NCBI GenBank assembly: GCA_964498725.1
Contig: CAZCHS010000003.1
Location: 17,360-81,359, forward strand
Direction of reading: 5' to 3'
Origin: an uncultured bacterium
Lineage (GTDB): Bacteria; Fidelibacterota; UBA2242; JAFGTP01
DNA: 64,000 nt
Part shown: piece after piece, positions 18,599-28,264 of the stretch
Layout of the letters: every line of letters starts with the position of its first letter
How positions within the stretch are numbered: the stretch's first letter is position 1
Made by a program: the position numbers and the translations under genes
Notes under the pieces: generated by a model
Database searches by the model: none
Seen by the model: only the letters and a program-made list of their open reading frames with translations
What the model was told of the DNA's origin: nothing

Positions 18599-20776
18599 GT
18601 GGGTGCGAGAGTGCTGAAAATTGCTGTTTTTGCTTCCGGGCGCGGGTCCAATTATGAAGCAATTCAAAAACAAATTGATGCAGGACAAATAAACGGACAG
18701 GTGGTGTGCGTCATCAGTGACCGGGCTAAACCGGCAGTTTTTGAGAAAGCCGCCGCCAGAAATATTCCCACCCATTCCATTAATCGCAAGCAATTTAAAT
18801 CCGGTGATGATTATGTGGCGCACCTGCTGAAGACTCTGGCTGGTTATGAAACAGATTTGATTGTATTGGCCGGATATCTGAAGTTAATTCCGGCGCCGGT
18901 GGTGAAAGCGTACCATCATCGCATGATCAATATTCATCCGGCCCTGCTTCCCAATTTTGGCGGCAAGGGCTATTATGGCATGAATGTGCATCGCGCGGTT
19001 GTGGAGGCCGGAGTCAGTGTCACAGGGATTACCATTCATTTTGTTGATGAACACTATGATACCGGCAATGTGATCCTACAGAAAGAAGTTAAAGTCGATC
19101 CTGATGACACACCGGAAAAGGTCGCGGAAAAAGTGTTGGAAATGGAACATAAATATTACCCTGAAGTTGTAAGATTGTTGTGTGATAATAAAATTAAAAT
19201 AAAAAGCAATAAGGTGGTTGTTGAAATGAGTAATTTACGGGTCAAACGAGCGATTTTGAGCGTCTTTGACAAAACCGGAATCGTAGAGCTGGCAAAAAAG
19301 CTGGCGGAAAAGAATGTTGAAATTTTTTCCACCGGCGGAACTTACCGGAAACTTGAAGATGCCGGGCTGAAAGTAGCAAAAATTTCCACACTGACAGATT
19401 TTCCCGAGATCATGCATGGAAGAGTGAAAACCCTGCATCCCAAGGTGTTTGCGGGATTGCTGGCTGATAAAAACAATGCTGAACATATGCAGGACCTGAA
19501 ATCCGTATCAGTGGCCCCTTTTGATCTGGTGGTTGTAAATCTTTATGCGTTTTCCGACGCTTATAACAATGCCGATTCCACAGAAGCCGACATTATCGAA
19601 ATGATTGACATTGGTGGCCCCAGTATGCTGCGCGCCGCCGCGAAAAATTTCAATAGTGTGGCTGTTTTAAGTAATGCCGGGCAGTATGCGGAATTTATGG
19701 ACAGAATGGAAAAAGATGAGATCACCGTTGATTACAATAAACGATTAGCCGGCGATGTTTTTGTTCACACCGCTCAATACGATTCGGCCATTGCAAAGTT
19801 TTTCACCGAATCCAAAGATGACACCCCCGATGATTTCGTGTTTAATAATTATGCAAAGGTTGAAGACCTGCGCTACGGAGAAAATCCTGATCAAAAAGCA
19901 GCGATTTATAAGCCCATTGGCGCTGAAAACTGGACCCCTTTTCAACAATTACATGGTAAAAAGATTTCTTATAATAATTATATCGACTGTATCGCGGCCT
20001 ACAATATTGTCAGGGATATGCGCAGCGAAGAACCGCTGGTGGCCAATATTAAACACACCAATCCCTGTGGTGTGGGCATGGGCGCCACCGCTAAAGAAGC
20101 TTATCTCAGGGCGGTTGCAACTGATCCCACCAGTTATTTTGGCGGCATTGTCTGCAGCAACAGGAAAGTGGACAAAGATCTGGCCCTGGAACTCAAAAAG
20201 AGTTTTCTGGAATGCATCATCGCGCCGGAATATGACGAAGACGCCCTGGCGGTACTGAAGAAAAAGAAGAATTTGCGGCTGCTGATTCCCAATGAAAAAA
20301 TTCTGGCGACGGAATTGAATATGCGGGAATACGGCAATGGATTGCTGGTGCAGCAGACACAGAATACTGAATTCAGCCTGGCTGATTGTAAAGTGGTCAC
20401 GGATGAGAAACCCGATGAGAAATTGAGCAAGGCCCTGTCTCTGGGATGGAATATTGTCCGCAATGTAAAATCCAACGCTATTGTACTGGCTGACGATACC
20501 GGCGCCGTAGGTGTTGGTGCCGGACAAATGTCGCGTGTGGATTCCATGAAGATTGCCATTCGCAAAGCCAAAGAAGCCGGCCTGAAGATCGAAAATACAA
20601 TCATTGCTTCCGACGCCTTTTTTCCCTTCCGGGATTCCATTGATGTGGCTGCGGAATATAAAATTGCCGGTGCTATTCAACCCGGCGGATCAATTCGCGA
20701 TCAGGAAGTGATCGATGCTTGTAATGAACATAAAATGTTTATGCTCTTTACAGGACAGAGAGTTTTTAAACATTAG
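18599..20776 (+). CDS. purNH: Fused GAR transformylase (PurN) and AICAR transformylase/IMP cyclohydrolase (PurH)
   Basis: A single 725-aa frame. The N-terminal ~205 aa carry PurN motifs: KIAVFASGRGSN, NIHPALLPNFGG and HFVDEHYDTGNVILQ. From MSNLRVKRAILSVFDKTG onward the sequence is full-length PurH, with STGGT, GRVKTLHP and the C-terminal QPGGSIRD...TGQRVFKH. The start may be GTG 18599 or GTG 18611. Confidence 0.85.
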   Translation: MGARVLKIAVFASGRGSNYEAIQKQIDAGQINGQVVCVISDRAKPAVFEKAAARNIPTHSINRKQFKSGDDYVAHLLKTLAGYETDLIVLAGYLKLIPAPVVKAYHHRMINIHPALLPNFGGKGYYGMNVHRAVVEAGVSVTGITIHFVDEHYDTGNVILQKEVKVDPDDTPEKVAEKVLEMEHKYYPEVVRLLCDNKIKIKSNKVVVEMSNLRVKRAILSVFDKTGIVELAKKLAEKNVEIFSTGGTYRKLEDAGLKVAKISTLTDFPEIMHGRVKTLHPKVFAGLLADKNNAEHMQDLKSVSVAPFDLVVVNLYAFSDAYNNADSTEADIIEMIDIGGPSMLRAAAKNFNSVAVLSNAGQYAEFMDRMEKDEITVDYNKRLAGDVFVHTAQYDSAIAKFFTESKDDTPDDFVFNNYAKVEDLRYGENPDQKAAIYKPIGAENWTPFQQLHGKKISYNNYIDCIAAYNIVRDMRSEEPLVANIKHTNPCGVGMGATAKEAYLRAVATDPTSYFGGIVCSNRKVDKDLALELKKSFLECIIAPEYDEDALAVLKKKKNLRLLIPNEKILATELNMREYGNGLLVQQTQNTEFSLADCKVVTDEKPDEKLSKALSLGWNIVRNVKSNAIVLADDTGAVGVGAGQMSRVDSMKIAIRKAKEAGLKIENTIIASDAFFPFRDSIDVAAEYKIAGAIQPGGSIRDQEVIDACNEHKMFMLFTGQRVFKH

Positions 20777-20794
20777 AAGATACTGGAGTAAATT

Positions 20795-21808
20795 ATGGGA
20801 TTTGGATTTTTTAATATATTTTCCGGAGATATTGCTATCGACCTTGGTACTGCCAACACACTGATTTATATGAAAGGCCGGGGTGTTTTATTGAATGAAC
20901 CATCGATCGTTGCGCGCTCAACCCATACCGGCGAGGTGGTGGCGGTGGGTAATGACGCCAAGGAAATGTTAGGTAAAACACACCATGACATTCAGACTAT
21001 CAGACCTCTGAAAGATGGTGTGATCGCTGAGTTTGAAATGACGGACCAGATGCTGCGTGGATTTATTCGAAAAATTAATCTGAGCCGTATCGCCCGCCCC
21101 AATATTGTGATCTGCATTCCTTCGGGTATAACGGAGGTGGAAAAACGGGCTGTCCGGGATTCTGCCGAACGCGCCAATGCAAGAAATGTATATTTGGTGG
21201 AAGAACCGGTGGCGGCCGCTATCGGCATTGGCATTGATATCTCCAAACCAGTGGGCAATATTGTCGTGGATATTGGCGGCGGTACCACGGAAATCGCGGT
21301 GATCGCTTTAAATGGTATTGTAACCAAACAAGCGATACGTGTGGCCGGTGATGAAATGGATGAAGCGATTATTCAATATTTTAAGAATGAACACAGCCTC
21401 TTGATCGGCCCCAAAACTGCTGAACAGATCAAATGCAATGTCGGCTCGGCCATGCCTATTGATGACACAACTTTTTCCGTCAAAGGCAGAAGTTTAATTG
21501 CCGGCATACCCAAAACCATTGAGATCAGTTCTGTGGAAATCCGTGAATGTCTGAAAGACACAGTTGACCAGATCTGCCAGGCCATCAAACAGGCGTTGGA
21601 AATGACTCCTCCGGAATTATCCTCGGATATTCTCGACCGCGGCATCATTTTGACCGGCGGTGGCGGCAATCTGAAAGGTCTGGACCAGCGTATTCGTGTG
21701 GAAACCGATCTGCCGGTGAATGTCGCTGAAGACCCCCTTCTTTCTGTTGTGAAGGGAACCGGAATTATCATTGAGAATATTGAAAAATACCAGGAAATAC
21801 TTCTTTAA
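20795..21808 (+). CDS. mreB: Rod-shape-determining actin homologue MreB
   Basis: 337 aa, with DIAIDLGTANTLIY and VDIGGGTTEIAVI phosphate-binding motifs. Confidence 0.96.
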   Translation: MGFGFFNIFSGDIAIDLGTANTLIYMKGRGVLLNEPSIVARSTHTGEVVAVGNDAKEMLGKTHHDIQTIRPLKDGVIAEFEMTDQMLRGFIRKINLSRIARPNIVICIPSGITEVEKRAVRDSAERANARNVYLVEEPVAAAIGIGIDISKPVGNIVVDIGGGTTEIAVIALNGIVTKQAIRVAGDEMDEAIIQYFKNEHSLLIGPKTAEQIKCNVGSAMPIDDTTFSVKGRSLIAGIPKTIEISSVEIRECLKDTVDQICQAIKQALEMTPPELSSDILDRGIILTGGGGNLKGLDQRIRVETDLPVNVAEDPLLSVVKGTGIIIENIEKYQEILL

Positions 21809-21812
21809 ATAA

Positions 21813-22595
21813 ATGTTTGGAAGAATTTATAATTTTATTTTTGATTATGCGGAATATGTGCTGCTGCTGGTTCTGCTGGTCATTTCATCATTCCTGATAT
21901 CCACTAATGACAACCCTGATGTGCGGTCGTTACAGGCCCGGGTTGCTTCTACCTTTAAGTTTGTCCACTTACCCGCAAAATGGCTGAACACCTTGTCGGG
22001 ATTGGTGGAAGAGAACGAACGCCTCAAAGAAGAAAATATTCAATTGAAATTATTGAATGTGAAATTTAAAGAAGCCTGGCTGGAAAATCTTCGTCTCAAA
22101 GATATGCTTGGATTTGCTGACACCACGAAATATGAAGTGATTCCCGCCAAGGTATTGAACAAGGGGGTAACACCGATTTATAATTCAATGCTGGTCAGTG
22201 GCGGCGAGAATAACAATATTGCGCCTTATCAGGCGGTGGTATCCACGGAAGGACTGGTGGGGAAGACCATTAGCGTCGGAAAAACTGCCACCATCGTGCA
22301 TTTGATCAATGATGTTAATTTTCGCGTTGGCGTCCGGCTGCAATTATCCAGGCACAGCGGTGTAATGGAACCGATGACCGATCAGGCGGGATTGATCAAG
22401 GAAATTCCCAAAACCGTGGATATTGAAATTGGCGAAGCGGTTTTGACCTCAGGATTCAGTGATATTTTTCCCGAGGGATTTCCCGTTGGTAAAGTGGTTA
22501 AAATAGAAAACATAAAAAACAGTATTTATCAAAATGCGGTGGTCAAATTTAATGTTGACATTAACAAAGTAGAGGAAGTTTTTATAATTAACTGA
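21813..22595 (+). CDS. mreC: Rod-shape-determining protein MreC
   Basis: 260 aa with an N-terminal TM helix and a coiled-coil segment (ENERLKEENIQLKLLN). It sits between mreB and mreD. Confidence 0.85.
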   Translation: MFGRIYNFIFDYAEYVLLLVLLVISSFLISTNDNPDVRSLQARVASTFKFVHLPAKWLNTLSGLVEENERLKEENIQLKLLNVKFKEAWLENLRLKDMLGFADTTKYEVIPAKVLNKGVTPIYNSMLVSGGENNNIAPYQAVVSTEGLVGKTISVGKTATIVHLINDVNFRVGVRLQLSRHSGVMEPMTDQAGLIKEIPKTVDIEIGEAVLTSGFSDIFPEGFPVGKVVKIENIKNSIYQNAVVKFNVDINKVEEVFIIN

Positions 22596-23077
22596 TGATC
22601 AGAAAAATTATTATATATTTGGGAATCTTTGGGGTTCTCTTGACCGTCCAGGGAATTTTAGGCCCGATCATGGATATTCAGAAAATCCGGCCGGATTTTT
22701 TACTGATACTGGTTATTTTTATCGGTCAACGGGAGGGCAAGATCTTTGGCCAGCTGTCCGGCGCTTTTATCGGATTGTTTCTGGACCTGCTGGGTATGAG
22801 TTCTTTCCTGGGATTATCAATGCTGGTGAAAACCTTGAGCGGGTTTTTAGCCGGATTTTTAAAAAACCAAAAAAACAAGATGAATATTTTCTCCTATTAC
22901 ACAATGGTACTGGTTATTATATTCGTTCATTTTTTTCTCTTTTATTCCATCTATTATCACAGCATGAATCTCAGTTTGCAATATCGTGTTGTAAGATATA
23001 TCCTGCCATCCCTGATATACACGGGAGTTTTCTATTTCTTGTTTGAATTTATCCTTTCTAAACAAACAGAGCGTTAA
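22595..23077 (+). CDS. mreD: Rod-shape-determining protein MreD
   Basis: A 160-aa polytopic hydrophobic protein. It has 1-nt overlaps (TGATG and TAATG) with mreC and mrdA, and the canonical operon position. Confidence 0.8.
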   Translation: MIRKIIIYLGIFGVLLTVQGILGPIMDIQKIRPDFLLILVIFIGQREGKIFGQLSGAFIGLFLDLLGMSSFLGLSMLVKTLSGFLAGFLKNQKNKMNIFSYYTMVLVIIFVHFFLFYSIYYHSMNLSLQYRVVRYILPSLIYTGVFYFLFEFILSKQTER

Positions 23078-24861
23078 TGAAACTTATCGATAATAAAATA
23101 TCATCAGGGCGGAAAAATTTTGTTTTCTCAGTGATTGTTTTTCTTTTTCTGGTACTTTTTGTCAGAATGTATAATTTGCAGATCATGCAATACAGTAAGT
23201 ATGTGGGGATAGCCAATTCCAATCGTATTCGAATGATTCCCACAGAAGCGCCCCGCGGGATTATTTATGACCGTAATGGCCAGATCGTTGCCGACAATAA
23301 ATTTCAATATAATTTAAATGTCATTCCCTTTGAATTTGACTCTGACGGCGAAAGTTGTGAAACAGTTGCCGGCCTGCTCAATATTAGTCCTGAGACGATC
23401 AGGAACCGGATGAGGAACAATTGGCGCGGCCGCTTTCTGCCGGCTAAGATTGCAGAAGATATTGACATCAAAACGCTGACAAAAATTCAGGAACACAAAC
23501 TGGAATTACCCGGTGTTTTGTACACTTTTGAGCCCTTGCGCTCTTTTCCCTCGGAAGCGAATATGTCCCATATTATTGGATATTTAAGGGAAGTCAGTAA
23601 AAAGGACATGGAAATCTCCCGTGATTTCAAATACCAGCAGAGAGATTTGATCGGCTGGAAAGGAATTGAAAGACAGTATGAGAAAATTCTCAGGGGTAAA
23701 CGGGGAGTAAAATATATTCAGGTCAATGCCTGGGGGCAGGCGGTTGACACTTACCAGGGAGAGGAAGAAATTCCACCGCAGCCAGGTAAAGATTTAATAT
23801 TAACCATCGAGTTGGGCCTTCAGAAACTGGCAGAAGACCTGATGAAAGAACTTGCCGGCGTTATTATAGTAATGAATCCTGAAAATGGCGAGATTTATGC
23901 CATGGTGAGTTCCCCGGACTATTCCCCGAATCTTTTTTCCGGGATCATTTCGCCGGATGACTGGTCTGTTTTACGGGACAATCATGAACGGCCGCTTTAC
24001 AATCGTATTACCAATGGTCTGTATCCGCCGGGGTCTACGCTGAAAATGGTGGCTGTCATAGCCGCCCTTGAGAATCAAATTGTCAGCCCGGCTCATGAAT
24101 TCTTTTGCAGTGGAAAATACCGGCTGGGACGCCGTGATTTTCATTGCTGGAATGAATACGGGCATGGCCGTGTGGATATGGAGAAGGCGATTGAACAGTC
24201 CTGCAATGTGTATTTTTATAACTTGATTCGGAAAATGGATGTGGACCTCTGGGCAAAATATGTTGCTTTGCTTGGATTTGGCAAAAAGACAGGAATTGAT
24301 CTTCCCAATGAACATCCCGGTGTTTGTCCCGACAGTGATTATCTGGATGCCAGATATGGAAAAAACAAATGGACGGAAGGCAATATACTCAACCAGGTGA
24401 TAGGGCAGGGTGATATGATTGCCACGCCTATTCAGTTGGCAAAATATGTTTCCATATTGTCTATGCGCGGTATGGCTGTACAGCCTCATTTGGGATTAAA
24501 ATATAAGAATAATACGGGTGAAACATTTACTTATCTGCGCCCAAAGCGAAAACAGATTGAAAGTATTTCCGGAAATACCTGGGAATTTATACAGAATGCA
24601 ATGTCAAAAGTTGTCTACGCCCCGCGGGGAACCGGTAGTCGCGCACGGGTTGACAGTATGCAGGTATTTGGGAAAACCGGTACCTCTCAGAATCCTCATG
24701 GCGAAGACCATGCCTGGTTTGTGGGATGGGGCGAAAGTGATTCCATCAAAGTGTCTGCCGCTGTTATTATCGAGCAGGGTGGGCATGGCGGCAGCGCGGC
24801 CGCGCCTGTGGTTCAGCAACTATTTGAATATTGTAAAAACAATGCCGGAAAATTTAAATAA
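23077..24861 (+). CDS. mrdA: Penicillin-binding protein 2 (elongation-specific transpeptidase)
   Basis: 594 aa with an N-terminal TM anchor and the motifs STLK, SCN and KTGT. Confidence 0.93.
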   Translation: MKLIDNKISSGRKNFVFSVIVFLFLVLFVRMYNLQIMQYSKYVGIANSNRIRMIPTEAPRGIIYDRNGQIVADNKFQYNLNVIPFEFDSDGESCETVAGLLNISPETIRNRMRNNWRGRFLPAKIAEDIDIKTLTKIQEHKLELPGVLYTFEPLRSFPSEANMSHIIGYLREVSKKDMEISRDFKYQQRDLIGWKGIERQYEKILRGKRGVKYIQVNAWGQAVDTYQGEEEIPPQPGKDLILTIELGLQKLAEDLMKELAGVIIVMNPENGEIYAMVSSPDYSPNLFSGIISPDDWSVLRDNHERPLYNRITNGLYPPGSTLKMVAVIAALENQIVSPAHEFFCSGKYRLGRRDFHCWNEYGHGRVDMEKAIEQSCNVYFYNLIRKMDVDLWAKYVALLGFGKKTGIDLPNEHPGVCPDSDYLDARYGKNKWTEGNILNQVIGQGDMIATPIQLAKYVSILSMRGMAVQPHLGLKYKNNTGETFTYLRPKRKQIESISGNTWEFIQNAMSKVVYAPRGTGSRARVDSMQVFGKTGTSQNPHGEDHAWFVGWGESDSIKVSAAVIIEQGGHGGSAAAPVVQQLFEYCKNNAGKFK

Positions 24862-26109
24862 ATGGATTATCGAAGAATAAATAAGAAATCGAATAGATTT
24901 TTATCAAGAACAAGCAAAGCGATTTTGGTGATTGTATTTCTGCTTTCGGTTATTGGCGTCATGACAGTTTACAGCGCTTCGCTGCATACCGGTCAGCCAT
25001 TTTTTCAAAATGCCGGTGGCAAACAAATGGTCCGCATGATCATTGGTTTGTTTGTGGGGACTTTTGTCTTTTTTATTCAAAAGAAATTTTTGTTTGAGAA
25101 GGCCTATTGGTTTTATGGAATTGGTATCGCATTAGTGTTGTTACCTTCCTTTTTTGGGGTTGACGGTTCGGGAACCAGCCGCTGGTTGAATTTTGGCGGT
25201 ATAAATTTTCAGCCCTCGGAAATGATGAAAATAATTTTGGTGCTGGCAGTGGCCAGAAATCTTTCCCATACCGAATTGAGTCCAAAGACTTTTAAGGTCT
25301 TCATAATACCGGTGATAATGGCGCTGGTGCCCACCGCGATAATTCTGAAACAGCCGGACCTGGGAACCGCGATGATCCTGATTTTTACCCTTTTTCCCAT
25401 GCTCTTTTGGGCGGAAACCCGGTTATTTCACATATTTTTAATGATTGCGCCGGTGGTCAGTGTATTGACAGCTTTTAATTTTTATACTTTTTTTATCTGG
25501 GTCATTTTACTGGGACTAATCCTTTACTTTACACAGGAGCATTGGGTTTTATTGATCGTGCTTTTCCTGTTCAATCTGTCATTGGGTTTTACAACCCCCG
25601 TCATTTGGAATAATCTGCATTCCTACCAGCAAAACAGAATCTTGACCATGTTCAATGTTGATGCAGACCCTCAGGGCTCCGGTTATCAGGTGATTCAGTC
25701 GCAAGTAGCGATTGGGTCCGGTGGTATATGGGGTAAGGGTTTTGGCCAGGGTACCCAGACGCATTTAAAGTTTTTGCCGGAACAGCACACTGATTTTATC
25801 TTTTCCGTGCTGGGTGAGGAATGGGGGTTTGCCGGCGTCAGCCTTGTATTGCTGCTCTATTTCTTACTGATCATTTTGAGTTTTCAAACAGCCTATAAAC
25901 TTAAAGATAAATTTTCCTCTCTCGTGGTGGTGGGATTAACGAGTATATTATTTTTTCATGTGGTCATTAATATTGCCATGACCGTGGGATTGATGCCTGT
26001 AACCGGGCTGCCCTTGCCGTTTTTAAGTTACGGCGGTAGTTTTGTGTTGACCTGTTCTGTCATCATTGGACTGATCTTAAATATGAGTGTCGTGAAAACC
26101 AGATATTAA
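24862..26109 (+). CDS. rodA: SEDS-family peptidoglycan polymerase RodA
   Basis: A 415-aa polytopic protein with the conserved SEDS C-terminal motif PVTGLPLPFLSYGGS. It follows mrdA directly. Confidence 0.92.
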   Translation: MDYRRINKKSNRFLSRTSKAILVIVFLLSVIGVMTVYSASLHTGQPFFQNAGGKQMVRMIIGLFVGTFVFFIQKKFLFEKAYWFYGIGIALVLLPSFFGVDGSGTSRWLNFGGINFQPSEMMKIILVLAVARNLSHTELSPKTFKVFIIPVIMALVPTAIILKQPDLGTAMILIFTLFPMLFWAETRLFHIFLMIAPVVSVLTAFNFYTFFIWVILLGLILYFTQEHWVLLIVLFLFNLSLGFTTPVIWNNLHSYQQNRILTMFNVDADPQGSGYQVIQSQVAIGSGGIWGKGFGQGTQTHLKFLPEQHTDFIFSVLGEEWGFAGVSLVLLLYFLLIILSFQTAYKLKDKFSSLVVVGLTSILFFHVVINIAMTVGLMPVTGLPLPFLSYGGSFVLTCSVIIGLILNMSVVKTRY

Positions 26110-26248
26110 GCTCTTTTAAATTAACTTAAAAAAGGTTAAATTTGGAGCCTTGGAAAAGTTTGTTTTAGAAATGATCTGGTTTGATATTAGAGATCGGAAA
26201 CAACTACAAATAAAGCTTCTAGTAAAATAAACAGAAAAGAGTTGAATT

Positions 26249-27082
26249 ATGTCAAAAAGAATTTATTACTTAACTTCCGAGATTATTCCTTTTGCAGAAA
26301 GCTATCAGTTGGCGAATTTTTCAAAAGGAGTACCCGCTGAATTCATTGATAGAAAATATGATTTCAGGCTGATGATGCCCAAATATGGGTTTATTAGTGA
26401 CCGCCGTTATATCCTGCGGGAAGTTATCAGACTGAGAAACATGACATTGAATTATATGGGCGTAGAGTTTCCGGCTAGTGTAAAATCGGCCTTTATTCCT
26501 AATACAAAGGTTCAGGTTTACTTTCTGGAACATGAAGATTTTTACAAACCCACAACAGAACAATTATACAATTTAGACTGTGATGAAGATCATTGTCTGA
26601 ATTCGGTTCGCTTTGGTTATTTTGCTTTAGCAGCTTTAAATACTTTAAGTTACCTGCGCTGGAAACCGGATGTGCTGATCTGCAATGACTGGCAAATGAG
26701 TTTATTACCGATTTTTCTGGAATCCGGACTGGTTGATAAAGAATTCCTGGATGGCGTAAAAGTCGTGCAGATGTTGCATTCCAAATCCGATCAGGGCGTT
26801 TATTCCAAAGAGGAATACAAAAAGATCGGCCTGGAAGATTTCGAAACCACTCTGGAAAGGAACGGAAAAATTGATTGCGTGGCAGAATCTATGAAATTAG
26901 CAGATTATGTGATGTTTGTTAATCACGGTGGAACTAATTTGATCGAAGCGTATAAAAAGGATGAAGTGTTTTCAGACATTTTGAAAGAAAAAAGCGAACT
27001 AATATCAACCTTTGACGTTGTTGATGAAAACTGGGAAGAAGCTGCTGATGAGATCATTAAGATTATTGACAAAATCCAATAA
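26249..27082 (+). CDS. Short glycogen/starch-synthase-like protein (GT5 N-terminal domain only, degenerate)
   Basis: 277 aa. The N-terminus IYYLTSEIIPFAESYQLANFSKGVP...FRLMMPKYG parallels the GlgA pattern [IL]-x-x-x-[ST]-E-x-x-P-[FY]-x-K-T-G-G-L-x-D-V...V-x-x-P-x-Y. However, KTGGL is replaced by ESYQL, and the C-terminal GT1 half is absent. Confidence 0.6.
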   Translation: MSKRIYYLTSEIIPFAESYQLANFSKGVPAEFIDRKYDFRLMMPKYGFISDRRYILREVIRLRNMTLNYMGVEFPASVKSAFIPNTKVQVYFLEHEDFYKPTTEQLYNLDCDEDHCLNSVRFGYFALAALNTLSYLRWKPDVLICNDWQMSLLPIFLESGLVDKEFLDGVKVVQMLHSKSDQGVYSKEEYKKIGLEDFETTLERNGKIDCVAESMKLADYVMFVNHGGTNLIEAYKKDEVFSDILKEKSELISTFDVVDENWEEAADEIIKIIDKIQ

Positions 27083-28262
27083 GCGATCATGGAAAATTAT
27101 TTTCCTGCTGATTCTGTTTATTGGGTTGTTTTTGAACTGTGAAGACAAGATTCCAACACAAACTGTCGATTCCAACATCCTGGAATATTCTCAAAAAGAG
27201 ATGGATGCGGAAGATATGGAAATTCGAACGGTTAGTTCCAATTACAATTTAAGTTCGGAATCAGAGTTATATTTTGGAGAAGATGACAATATTAAGTCTC
27301 TGACAATTATGAAGTTCAGGGATATTTTAGTACTGCCCGACACAATTGATGAAGTGCTGGACTTTAGCCTGATTTTTTATCCTAAAGAAAGCCTGCCGGT
27401 GGATACCTCCGATGAAGACCATAACTATGTTAATATCTGGATGGTAACATCGCCGTTGGATTGGTCAGAAGACGAAACAACTTTTGATGTGGACAATCCC
27501 CTGGATTTTGATAATCTGGAAAAAGAACCGGTAGCAGAAAAATATTTGATAGGAACACAGGATACCTGTGAAATTGAATTGTCCGAAAATTTATTCTACA
27601 ACCTGTTGGACTCCGCCACAGTGGAAGCCGGACTTGTGTTTACCGGGGACGCTGCCAATGGCGATAATTTTCAGTCTATACATTCAAGAAATACCTCAGA
27701 TCATGAACCGCATATACATTTCCGGTATGTTGTCGATGATGATACAACCACCAAGACTTACCGGGCCACTGATGATTTAACCGTCACAACGCGGAAAAAT
27801 CAGGCGGAAGAAAATGATCAATTACTGGTGTCACAATCCTTTAATGAGGCGGTTTTATTGAATTTCGATCTGGATGATCTCTGGGATTCACCGGATTCCA
27901 ATGTTTACATTCCTGAAGCGCGCTTAAAACTGCATATAAATCGTGCTGAGTGTGTCGATTATAATGATGATTTTTATCTTTATATCACGCTGCTGGATAC
28001 GGCGGATTATTATGCCGATTATCTTTATGATATTGCCAGCTCTACCAATGGTGTGAAGATCGGGGTTGATGACAGTGTGGCGGTGATCAATATTCGCTCA
28101 GAATTACAGAGCATAACTACCGGCTACAATAAGAATCTGGGTATGATCTTATGGTCGGCCCACAGTAGTGTCGACATGGCCAGGTTTAATTTTTATGGCA
28201 AGGATGCGTCGCCAAGCTTGCAACCGGAACTCAAAGTATTATTTGTGAAAGAAGAAAAATAA
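27024..28262 (+). CDS. Acidic lipoprotein of unknown function
   Basis: The start is uncertain: TTG 27012, ATG 27024 or ATG 27048, all overlapping the upstream gene end. The signal is R/K-rich followed by IIFLLILFIGLFLNC, so the Cys may be lipid-modified. The mature part is D/E-rich and has the LDWSEDETTF pattern. It may belong to the DUF4270/DNRLRE-like class, but that is from memory only. Confidence 0.55.
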   Translation: MKTGKKLLMRSLRLLTKSNKRSWKIIFLLILFIGLFLNCEDKIPTQTVDSNILEYSQKEMDAEDMEIRTVSSNYNLSSESELYFGEDDNIKSLTIMKFRDILVLPDTIDEVLDFSLIFYPKESLPVDTSDEDHNYVNIWMVTSPLDWSEDETTFDVDNPLDFDNLEKEPVAEKYLIGTQDTCEIELSENLFYNLLDSATVEAGLVFTGDAANGDNFQSIHSRNTSDHEPHIHFRYVVDDDTTTKTYRATDDLTVTTRKNQAEENDQLLVSQSFNEAVLLNFDLDDLWDSPDSNVYIPEARLKLHINRAECVDYNDDFYLYITLLDTADYYADYLYDIASSTNGVKIGVDDSVAVINIRSELQSITTGYNKNLGMILWSAHSSVDMARFNFYGKDASPSLQPELKVLFVKEEK

Positions 28263-28264
28263 TT

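Noticed and set aside
19949-20680. A 243-aa ORF, plus 168-aa and 167-aa ORFs, antisense to or overlapping purH.
   Set aside because: They lie entirely within the well-supported purNH frame. The composition is low-complexity and typical of antisense shadow frames, with no RBS and no recognisable motifs.
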